DNA of 51,376 nt from Spirochaetota bacterium. GTDB lineage: Bacteria > Spirochaetota > UBA4802 > JAGODF01. Positions 9,501 to 17,601 of the stretch are shown one piece after another. The number at the start of each line of letters is the position of its first letter. Position 1 is the first letter of the stretch. The DNA is taken from the NCBI GenBank assembly GCA_035380905.1, contig DAOSYC010000003.1, positions 2,668 to 54,043 of the forward strand, written 5' to 3'. Below the pieces are notes generated by a model that saw only the letters and a list, made by a program, of their open reading frames with translations, was not told the origin of the DNA and ran no database searches. The position numbers and the translations under genes were made by a program.

Positions 9501-11006
9501 ATGAACAACAGGAAAAAATCCCTGTATATTGGTGCTGCTGGTATTGTTGCCGGCATTGTTGTCGGGATTCTGTGTCTTTATGGTAGTGCGGTACACCATG
9601 CCTGGGATTCCCTCAGGTCATTTGGAATTGCGGTTACAGGGAAAATCCTCCCCTATCCGCAGACGGCTCCGGAAATTTCCGGATTCCGTGGAGGGTGCCG
9701 GCGTATATATGACGGACTGCAGGAGGAGTTTATTCATGCCGGGCATCTGCTGTTCTATAGCGCCCCCCGGCGTACGGCAGTATCGGCCGTTGCAAAAAAG
9801 GCCATACGGTATACCAGATATATAAGAACCTACAAGCTTGAAGGGGCGATTCGACAGAGCAATGGTGTTACCGGAGATATGGTTGAGGCGGGAACATTGC
9901 TGTATATACCTCATTCCCTGCCGGCGGTGCTTCCGGTTATGCGTAATAGTAAAAAACCGGAGCTGGTCCATTCCCGGGGACTGTACTATACCGGCAGCTC
10001 GATCGGAAATGAACGGGTGCTGAAACAGATTGACGAATTCAGAAAAGTCGGCATGAACACTGTTGTGTTTGATGTGAAGGATATTACCGGTATTGTTAAT
10101 TACTATAGTAATGTTCCTGACGTGCAGGAGTACAATGCCCATGGTAAACGGTCAATAGATAATATTGATAGCATCCTGCGGTATCTGAAAAGCAGAAATA
10201 TTTATGTAATAGCCAGAATTGCGGTCTTCCATGACCATCATATGTACCGGCATAATCCCTCAATTGCCATACGGTCTAAGTCTACCGGCGGGACGTGGAA
10301 CCCCCGGTCAAAGGAGCTGTGGCTTGATCCGACAAACCGTCAGGCCCAGGATTACAGTATCGGACTGGCTGTGGAGATGGCTGATAAAGGTGTTGATGAA
10401 ATCCAGTTCGACTATATACGCTTTCCAACGGTGGGAAACCTCGGCGATGCGGATTATGCCTACCATTTTGGAAAGATGTCAAACGATAACGTAATCACGC
10501 ATTTTTTGAAGCGGGCGTATCGGGAAATATCATCCCGGAATACCCGTCTTTCAATAGATATTTTTGGTGTCGTTGCCTGGGGAAAAGAAGTGGATGTGCG
10601 GAGGACGGGGCAGAGAATTGAATCTCTTGCGCAATACTGTGATGTGATTTCACCAATGCTGTATCCTTCTCATTTCAGCAATAATTTTAACGGTTTTCCC
10701 AACCCCGGCGATCATCCGTACCATTTCATTTTTGAAGGGTGTAAAAAAGTTGCCGGAAGGGCCGGAAGTACGGCAGTAAGGCCCTGGCTCCAGGCATTCG
10801 GATGGAGGGTGTCTTCGTATGATGAGCAGTATATATTGCGGCAGATAAAGGCAAGCAATGACTCCGGCGCAAAGGGGTATCTTTTCTGGAATGCCTCAAA
10901 TAACTATTCCACGGTTCTTCGCGCGATGACAATTCTTGCCCGAAATAAAAACGGGCGGCAGTGGTATGCGGATAATGAAATGAAAAAGGACAATGTGCCT
11001 GACTAA
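9501..11006 (+). CDS. membrane-anchored putative glycoside-hydrolase-like TIM-barrel protein (DUF4015-like)
   Basis: N-terminal TM helix. Motifs NTVVFDVKD, WLDP and DEIQFDYIRFP, which I associate with the DUF4015 putative glycosyl hydrolase family. This assignment is from memory. Confidence 0.5.
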   Translation: MNNRKKSLYIGAAGIVAGIVVGILCLYGSAVHHAWDSLRSFGIAVTGKILPYPQTAPEISGFRGGCRRIYDGLQEEFIHAGHLLFYSAPRRTAVSAVAKKAIRYTRYIRTYKLEGAIRQSNGVTGDMVEAGTLLYIPHSLPAVLPVMRNSKKPELVHSRGLYYTGSSIGNERVLKQIDEFRKVGMNTVVFDVKDITGIVNYYSNVPDVQEYNAHGKRSIDNIDSILRYLKSRNIYVIARIAVFHDHHMYRHNPSIAIRSKSTGGTWNPRSKELWLDPTNRQAQDYSIGLAVEMADKGVDEIQFDYIRFPTVGNLGDADYAYHFGKMSNDNVITHFLKRAYREISSRNTRLSIDIFGVVAWGKEVDVRRTGQRIESLAQYCDVISPMLYPSHFSNNFNGFPNPGDHPYHFIFEGCKKVAGRAGSTAVRPWLQAFGWRVSSYDEQYILRQIKASNDSGAKGYLFWNASNNYSTVLRAMTILARNKNGRQWYADNEMKKDNVPD

Positions 11007-11022
11007 ATGGAGGAAGTGAAGG

Positions 11023-11832
11023 GTGATAGTAAAAGATGCTGATTTTATGAATGAATATGTCAGGGTGTGGGATGACGGCGCGTCCCTTGATGCCCCGTTT
11101 ATTACACTTGGCGTAGAGGCAATTCTAAAAGATTATTACGGTGACCTTCTTGATGCGCCGCCGCCGTTTCCCGTGGAAAAGGGTAGTGACGTTCTGGATC
11201 TCGGGTGTGGATGGGGGCGTGTATTAAAACCGGTCCTTGACCGGGAGGCCCATGCTGTAGGGCTTGATATATCAGAGAAAATGCTTGGGCTCACAAAGCG
11301 TCATCTTGAGAATAATGGTCACAGCGCGAATATCCTCAGGGGCGATGGTACGAGGCTCCCTTTCAATGATAACAGTTTCGATATGATTTACTCCCTCCTT
11401 GTGCTGCAGCACCTCTCGAAGGAGAATGGAAGGGAGGTCTTCCGCGAAGTGCAGCGTGTTCTTCGCCCCGGCGGGATTGCTCATATACGGGTTCCGGGAA
11501 GATTTGCTCCGGAAAACCTGCTGTTCAGCTTCCTGCAGTTTGTCAGTATTCATGTCTTCAGGCTGAATGATCCTATAAGGATGCGTTTTTACCGTATAGG
11601 TGAAATAAAAAAAATATGCCGGGAGCTTTTCAGCGAATGTGAAATTACAGCACACGAATTCCGTCCGCCATGGAATTTCCATACCCGGTGGACATGGCAT
11701 TATATCCTTGTTCCGAAGTGTATGCATAAATCATTGAGAAGGATTTCAGATAAAATTGAAAATCTGGCGAATAAAAGGATGGGGTTTCTTAAACATTTCG
11801 GGGTAGTTCTTATGGTGCATGTGAAAAAATAG
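11023..11832 (+). CDS. class I SAM-dependent methyltransferase
   Basis: Motif I VLDLGCGWGR and post-I/II DMIYSLLVLQHL. GGAGGA lies about 8 nt upstream of the GTG start. Confidence 0.75.
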   Translation: MIVKDADFMNEYVRVWDDGASLDAPFITLGVEAILKDYYGDLLDAPPPFPVEKGSDVLDLGCGWGRVLKPVLDREAHAVGLDISEKMLGLTKRHLENNGHSANILRGDGTRLPFNDNSFDMIYSLLVLQHLSKENGREVFREVQRVLRPGGIAHIRVPGRFAPENLLFSFLQFVSIHVFRLNDPIRMRFYRIGEIKKICRELFSECEITAHEFRPPWNFHTRWTWHYILVPKCMHKSLRRISDKIENLANKRMGFLKHFGVVLMVHVKK

Positions 11833-11987
11833 TAATATTTTACATGGTACATATTTTTATATCTGCTGTTTGTTGAGAAAATAAAAACTGCTTGCATTTT
11901 CGTTGATTGGCGCATAGCACCGTTTATGTCGGCATATTGCATGAGCTGAGGCGAAAGATTTGTATACATGCATAAAAAAAATGGATA

Positions 11988-12755
11988 ATGGGGAGTGCGA
12001 TGTTTAGTAATTATTTTGAAAATATCGGAAATGAATTGATAAAGGCGTGTAAAGCGCCAAAGCCCAAAAAAACCACAAAGGGTGATGCGGCCGGAAAAAG
12101 TGACGGGGTGAAAAAAAAGGCCCCTCAGAAAAAGCAGGCCCAGGAGATAGATCATAAAAAATTAAAAGATATTCTTGAGAAAATGGTACCGGCTCACCTC
12201 GCACTTGATTCTGTTGCTGTCACTGATGTCAGCGGGTACAGGCCTGAGGGTGTTGATTTCGTAATATATAAGCAACTGTTCAGGAATATCGATGTTATGA
12301 TGGGTAATGCGGTTCCTTCTGAGCTGGTATATGGAACAATATTTGTCTGCCAGACACTGAACCGGGATACACTGTTTGATGTTCTGACCCGGGTGGTAAA
12401 CGCGAAAAAACTGAATATGTACACGGATATCGAAAGTGAATCAATTTTTATTCCGTCATTCATTATTTCCCTTGATATGAATATTGAATATCTTGAACTG
12501 CAGCAGATGATCATGGATTTTTATACAAAAAACGCATTGGATAACCACCTTGAGTTTGATATCATTGGAATTATCAATAAGGGTGTTGTTGTGAAGGACT
12601 GGCGTGAAAAGCGGAGTTTTAAGGCCCTTGATACCGGGAAAGACACAATGAAATGGTTCTTTATCCTTATGAATGAATATCTTGATGTAGAGAAAGGCGG
12701 GGTTCTCGATTTTCGCAATTATGTCAATGAAACAAAAACATATGATGAATATTGA
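11988..12755 (+). CDS. hypothetical protein with Lys-rich N-terminal tail
   Basis: Clean ORF. GGGGAG precedes the second ATG at 12000, which is the more likely start. Basic low-complexity segment KAPKPKKTTKGDAAGKSDGVKKKAPQKKQ followed by a globular region. First gene of the cfpA-containing same-strand block. Confidence 0.5.
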   Translation: MGSAMFSNYFENIGNELIKACKAPKPKKTTKGDAAGKSDGVKKKAPQKKQAQEIDHKKLKDILEKMVPAHLALDSVAVTDVSGYRPEGVDFVIYKQLFRNIDVMMGNAVPSELVYGTIFVCQTLNRDTLFDVLTRVVNAKKLNMYTDIESESIFIPSFIISLDMNIEYLELQQMIMDFYTKNALDNHLEFDIIGIINKGVVVKDWREKRSFKALDTGKDTMKWFFILMNEYLDVEKGGVLDFRNYVNETKTYDEY

Positions 12756-12973
12756 GATGCATGCTCATCGCGAAGTGACTTTCCGGTTTCCGGGAAAGGT
12801 GATAGTGTAACATTCCGCGGATATTGAAAAGATTTTAAATTTATTCACTTTTATCCTGCCGGTAGAAAAATGTTAATATTCTTCTTGACATTGGGGGAAT
12901 TATAGTGAATTTTTTTAAGAAGTATGTTCCCTTCATTATTAACAAGATAATAAGAATATAAAAGAGAGGAATC

Positions 12974-14119
12974 ATGAAACTGGTAAGTCTTCTCAGGTCA
13001 AGTGTTCTCAGAATGATAATTGTTGTTCTGATGGTGATGCCGTTTTTCCTGTTTAACTGCAGCGGCGAAGGTGATAGTGGCGTTTCTGCAGGGGGGAAGG
13101 ATATGATTCTCGTGCTCGATACCTCTCTGAGCATGGTGGGGAAAGGCGGTGGCGGGAAAAATATTTTCCCGAAAGTCAAGGACAGTCTCGGAAAATTTAT
13201 ATCCAAGCTCGACGAGGGTGATACTCTGACAGTGATGACGTTTGATACCAGGGTGACGACGTATCCAACTGTTAAGATTACCGGTGATAATGATAAAAAT
13301 ATTGTAAAACAGTACGTTTCCCTTGTGGAAGCGAAAGGTCAGTGGACCTACACTATGAAAATGATGAAGACTGTGTTCGAAAAAGCGCAGGAGCTGGAGC
13401 AGCGGCAGGCTGGCCGGCAGCAGGTGATTGTTGTGCTGACTGACGGACTTGATGATCCGCCTCCGGCGCTGCGGGGTGAAACATTTAACCTGAAGAAAGT
13501 ATCAAGCGCCTATACTGGAAAGGAATGGTTCATTTATCTTGTTAACTTCGGGGAACTCAAAAAAAATAAGAGGATTGCGCAGGTTGCCAGTGATCTGAAG
13601 AAAATTACCCCTAATACCAAAGTGATATCGGGGGATAAGGGGCCACGGCAGGCGATTGAAACCGATCTGCAGCGTGATGTTGAGCGATCTGTCGGCGAGC
13701 GCCAGCAGGCCCGGAGATCATTCTTTGCCAGCCCATGGTTTATAGCGATACTGGTAATTGTGGTGCTGCTTGTGGTTCTGTTTTTCTTTAACAGATATTC
13801 CAAAATTAAAGTGACGGGATCTCTTGAATATTATAATCATGCGCTCCTTGATCCGTATGTTGAAAACTATAATATGACAAATCAGCACTTGCGTGAGGTT
13901 TTGATCGGTACAACAGGGTGTAATTTGAACATACGGGACCTGGAAGTTAACGGTCCTGTGAAAATCAGGGCCGAACGGCAGAAGGGGAAGATTGTCGTTG
14001 AGTTATACACGCCGGAAGGTGTTGTCCCGGAATTTGTCAACCGGGATGCTGGTAATCTTCTTGAGGATGGGGATAAATTTATCCTTGCAAATTACACCTT
14101 CAAGTTTATGGCAGAATAA
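12974..14119 (+). CDS. von Willebrand factor A (VWA) domain membrane protein with a C-terminal beta-sandwich (FHA-like) domain
   Basis: Signal/lipobox-like N-terminus (FFLFNC). MIDAS motif DTSLSM with downstream VVLTDG. One TM helix (WFIAILVIVVLLVVLFFF). The C-terminal ~100 aa follow an FHA-like strand pattern (IGTTGCNLNIRD...GDKFILANYTFKF) but lack the canonical GR/SxxH residues. Confidence 0.7.
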   Translation: MKLVSLLRSSVLRMIIVVLMVMPFFLFNCSGEGDSGVSAGGKDMILVLDTSLSMVGKGGGGKNIFPKVKDSLGKFISKLDEGDTLTVMTFDTRVTTYPTVKITGDNDKNIVKQYVSLVEAKGQWTYTMKMMKTVFEKAQELEQRQAGRQQVIVVLTDGLDDPPPALRGETFNLKKVSSAYTGKEWFIYLVNFGELKKNKRIAQVASDLKKITPNTKVISGDKGPRQAIETDLQRDVERSVGERQQARRSFFASPWFIAILVIVVLLVVLFFFNRYSKIKVTGSLEYYNHALLDPYVENYNMTNQHLREVLIGTTGCNLNIRDLEVNGPVKIRAERQKGKIVVELYTPEGVVPEFVNRDAGNLLEDGDKFILANYTFKFMAE

Positions 14120-14218
14120 GAAGGAATGCTGTCTATGCGGCAGCAATGCTTGAAAATGGTGTCCCGGGAGATGTCAGTATCTGAACAAAAAATTTAATAA
14201 AAAAATGCAAATAAAGCC

Positions 14219-14246
14219 TTGACAGGGCGTGTATTATTTATAAAGA
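14219..14246 (+). promoter_or_regulatory. sigma70-like promoter TTGACA-N16-TAAAGA upstream of cfpA
   Basis: TTGACA at 14219-14224 and TAAAGA at 14241-14246, in an AT-rich intergenic region about 140 nt upstream of the ATG. Confidence 0.35.
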
Positions 14247-14384
14247 TTATTAAAATTTTCATTGTTTTCTATTTATATATAATACGATGACGTTGCTTTT
14301 GCAGGTTCTGCGGCAGTAGTATCTATTTTGTAAAGATTTATATGTTATATTGAAACAAGGTCTATAACATTAAGGAGGTCATAG

Positions 14385-16331
14385 ATGTCATTAGCGCAAT
14401 TTCCAAAGAGTCCTAATAAGGTGCATCCGACCCAGCCCAGTGCTGTTGGTTCGAGGGAGTCACTGGCCCAGGAGGGGCGTGATAAAGTTTCTGAGGCAAA
14501 ACTTATTCTGGAGGAGTCAACAGATAAAGTTTTAAATCATATAATGAATAAGCTGCCTGAAGAAGTTCTGGTTAACCTTGATATAATGGGTGGAATCAAG
14601 GAAAAGCTTTATAACTATATTAACCAGACCTATGTTAACATGTTTAACAGGTATCAGGTGAGTATGGAAGACGAATTCATTAAGAAAGTACGTGATTTCG
14701 TTGATAAGGAAGAAGTAAAGGGCCTTGCCCGGTATACGCCGCGTGAGGTTGTTGAGCTTCTTGACAAGATCGGGGGCGCTGACAAATTTCACACCGGTGA
14801 AATTGAGAAAGCAATGGTTAACATGTTCGGTCACCTTCACGGGCATATCCAGCGGGGTATGAATGACCTTGAGAATGAAACGAATGCGATACTCCGGCAG
14901 AAAACGGATGTTGGAGCCTTCGTCCGTGGTGAAAATGCCTATGCTATCCTCAAGTGTATCTTTAAGGATAATGAAACCAGGCCGAAATATGTGTATGACA
15001 TCAAGCTTTCAATCAACATTCTCGAGAGTGAGCTTATAAGCCCTATTTACCACTATCAGGTAACTGTAGAGTCTCTTCTCAAGGATGCAATTCAGAAGCA
15101 CATCCATGATCTGATTGACCGGCAGATTTCGCAACTTAAGGAAGAGCTTATTGACCAGGGCAAGAGTGAGCTCTCCGGTGCCGAGGTCATGTTTGAGAAG
15201 ATTAAGAGGATAGATAATTTTACTGACGATGACAAGGAAGATGAAAAGTCACGCCGGTATACTATTATGGCAAAAAGATTTATCGACAAAATCGAGGGTC
15301 TTCGTGCTGAAATTGATGTTGATGAATATGATCCGCTTAATATTCGTGAAAATATCAAGTTTATTATTGATGCTGAAAATATCCGTAACCGTGGTTACAA
15401 TACGGCAGTTAATGCGATCACTTCGATTCTTGATACAAGTAAACTCGGCTATCAGGTTTGTGATAACTTAAAGAATGCCCGTATTTGTAAGATCAGGGAG
15501 TATGAGGAATTGGATAACACAATTCTTCCTGATGAGCGGTATGCAATGCGTCTGGCTTTCTATGATCAAAACCAGCTTAGAGAAGAAAAGAAGGAATTTG
15601 ATCGTCAGATGGAAGCATTCACTAAAGAGATATTCAGGATATGGGATGTTGTCCACGCTCACTATGAGTCGAAAAAACGTTTCAGGTCAATCAAGGATTT
15701 CAATGACCTTTGCGACAGACTCATGAACAAGGAGTGGAGAAGAGCGAAGAAGGATGAGGAAGATGATCCCAACCATGTCCTCTGGAATGAGATTGGTGAG
15801 TTCTATAATGAAAATTCATTCGTTGAGAAGAATAATAGAACGTATGAGGACAGAATTCTGAACCTTAAAAACAAGTTGAATTACTGTTCCGAGCTGCTCC
15901 AGAAGATGCACGGCTATCAGAACCCTGTTGAGCGTGTTGTAGTTGATGAGAGAATTAACTTTATAATTCGTCGTTTTAACGAGTTTACATATAAAGTAAA
16001 TCCTCACCACATTCAGCCGGGTCTTGTTCTTGATGTTGACATTGTAACGATCAAGAGAAAGCAATACATGCTGAAAGGTATGGCTAATGTTCTCAATGAA
16101 TTCCTCTATGGTGTATCAAAGGGCTTCCAGGATCAGGCATTTGCTTCGTACAGCAGAAGAAGATCTACAGTCCGTACTGATATAGAGCAATCCTTTGAGG
16201 TTGAAGAAGTGAAGGAGGACCTTTTTGAGGCCGCATACAAAGAAGTTCATTCTTCGTCAGATGTGAAAGGAAGCGTTGATCTTTCTCCGAAGTCCAAGGC
16301 GAAGAAATCCTCCGGTTTAAAAGAACTGTAG
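14385..16331 (+). CDS. cfpA: probable cytoplasmic filament protein CfpA
   Basis: 648-aa charged, helix-rich ORF with a strong RBS (AAGGAGG) and its own terminator. Its size fits the roughly 79-kDa treponemal CfpA. Its position two genes upstream of ppdK and just downstream of a VWA gene matches my recollection of T. pallidum TP0748/TP0746/TP0750. The sequence itself has not been verified. Confidence 0.55.
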   Translation: MSLAQFPKSPNKVHPTQPSAVGSRESLAQEGRDKVSEAKLILEESTDKVLNHIMNKLPEEVLVNLDIMGGIKEKLYNYINQTYVNMFNRYQVSMEDEFIKKVRDFVDKEEVKGLARYTPREVVELLDKIGGADKFHTGEIEKAMVNMFGHLHGHIQRGMNDLENETNAILRQKTDVGAFVRGENAYAILKCIFKDNETRPKYVYDIKLSINILESELISPIYHYQVTVESLLKDAIQKHIHDLIDRQISQLKEELIDQGKSELSGAEVMFEKIKRIDNFTDDDKEDEKSRRYTIMAKRFIDKIEGLRAEIDVDEYDPLNIRENIKFIIDAENIRNRGYNTAVNAITSILDTSKLGYQVCDNLKNARICKIREYEELDNTILPDERYAMRLAFYDQNQLREEKKEFDRQMEAFTKEIFRIWDVVHAHYESKKRFRSIKDFNDLCDRLMNKEWRRAKKDEEDDPNHVLWNEIGEFYNENSFVEKNNRTYEDRILNLKNKLNYCSELLQKMHGYQNPVERVVVDERINFIIRRFNEFTYKVNPHHIQPGLVLDVDIVTIKRKQYMLKGMANVLNEFLYGVSKGFQDQAFASYSRRRSTVRTDIEQSFEVEEVKEDLFEAAYKEVHSSSDVKGSVDLSPKSKAKKSSGLKEL

Positions 16332-16354
16332 AATTGTTACGTAATAGAAATTTG

Positions 16355-16383
16355 AAAGGGGCGCCGAATGGCGCCCCTTTTTT
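16355..16383 (+). terminator. Rho-independent terminator after cfpA
   Basis: AAAGGGGCGCC-GAAT-GGCGCCCCTTT stem-loop followed by a T run, 24 nt after the stop codon. Confidence 0.8.
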
Positions 16384-16588
16384 AATACGGTATCATTAAA
16401 AAATCTTTATCATGCTGTCATTTTTTGAATAAAAAATGACAAAAGACTTGCGGAAAAAAAATAAATAATATAGGATATACCAATATTATTCGTGGGTGAT
16501 GGGTACGATTTTCACCGGGAGTATATTATTCCAGTTTATTACCTGTATACATAACTCGAAAAAATAACACGATAAGGAGCTTTATGTT

Positions 16589-17509
16589 ATGGAAACAACC
16601 TATTTTGCACTTGCAACAAAAAGCAATTTTAACATGTCATTGAGACATTTTTACAAGGTTAATGAAGTTGTTGATGAGATAGAAAGAAAACGGAACCTTG
16701 CAGATGTAATTAATGCACAACTGGCCAGTGATGAAATTGTGAAAGACCAGGTGCTTCCAATTGTGGGCGCCGTAATTCGTGATAAATATGGGTATAGTTT
16801 TGATTCTTATAATGTGCCGGATACGTTGAAAGAGTTTGATAAAATAGTGAATGAAACATCAAAATGGAATGCTGTTGATATATTGATGGTGTATGATGAT
16901 CCCAATGGCGGGATAGTCCTTATAAACCCGAAGAATAGTGATCACTGGGAAAGAGTCCGTGAGTTGTATCGTGATCAGCTTGTTGTTGTGTATACAAAAT
17001 TTTTAAAAGAAAGTGAGAACCAGAAGAAGCTGGAGCAGGAAGCGATATCAGCACTTGAAGAAATGATAGCAGGAAAGGATGTGTTTATAAATCCTGAGTT
17101 TGTTGACCAGACAGCAGCTCCACAGGCTGTAGCGCCCAAACCAGCAGTGTCATCTGCCGCGGCAGCAGCTGCATCGAAGAAAAATAAGACTCCGAAGTAT
17201 TCAATTCAGGTTTCCAATGAGCTATTTCATAATGGTAATGTCGAAGCGTGGAAAAAAATAATTGAAAGCTATACAACAAAATTTACAGACCTTGATGTAG
17301 TTATTTTCTATGAGGGTGAAGTGATAAATGATATTAACACTCTTTTTAAATGGGGAAAGGTAAAGCATGGAAGTTTGATCTTTTTCCAGGTTATAGGAGA
17401 GGATATCAGGGGTGTTTCGAAGTTGCAGAAGTATCTTTATGAAGGAGCAAGCCCCCGTTTTGAACAGTTTCTAAAAATCGGAGTCGGCCGTGTTCTTAAC
17501 TTATTTTAA
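16589..17509 (+). CDS. hypothetical two-domain protein with an Ala/Pro-rich linker
   Basis: AAGGAG RBS. Two globular halves joined by AAPQAVAPKPAVSSAAAAAASKK. Lies between cfpA and ppdK, the position of TP0747 in T. pallidum if my memory of that locus is correct. Confidence 0.55.
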   Translation: METTYFALATKSNFNMSLRHFYKVNEVVDEIERKRNLADVINAQLASDEIVKDQVLPIVGAVIRDKYGYSFDSYNVPDTLKEFDKIVNETSKWNAVDILMVYDDPNGGIVLINPKNSDHWERVRELYRDQLVVVYTKFLKESENQKKLEQEAISALEEMIAGKDVFINPEFVDQTAAPQAVAPKPAVSSAAAAAASKKNKTPKYSIQVSNELFHNGNVEAWKKIIESYTTKFTDLDVVIFYEGEVINDINTLFKWGKVKHGSLIFFQVIGEDIRGVSKLQKYLYEGASPRFEQFLKIGVGRVLNLF

Positions 17510-17601
17510 TTATATTTCGCTAAAAAGGAAATGTCTGTATACTATTTCGCAGCAGTAGTGTAGATAATATTAAAAAATGCTTTTGGGAGGATCCTTGGAT
17601 T

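Noticed and set aside
11700-12155. 151-aa minus-strand ORF bridging the methyltransferase 3' end and the start of the 255-aa gene. The similar ORF 12841-13206 is treated the same way.
   Set aside because: It overlaps two better-supported plus-strand genes and spans an AT-rich promoter-like intergenic region. Its translation is hydrophobic and low-complexity with no motif.
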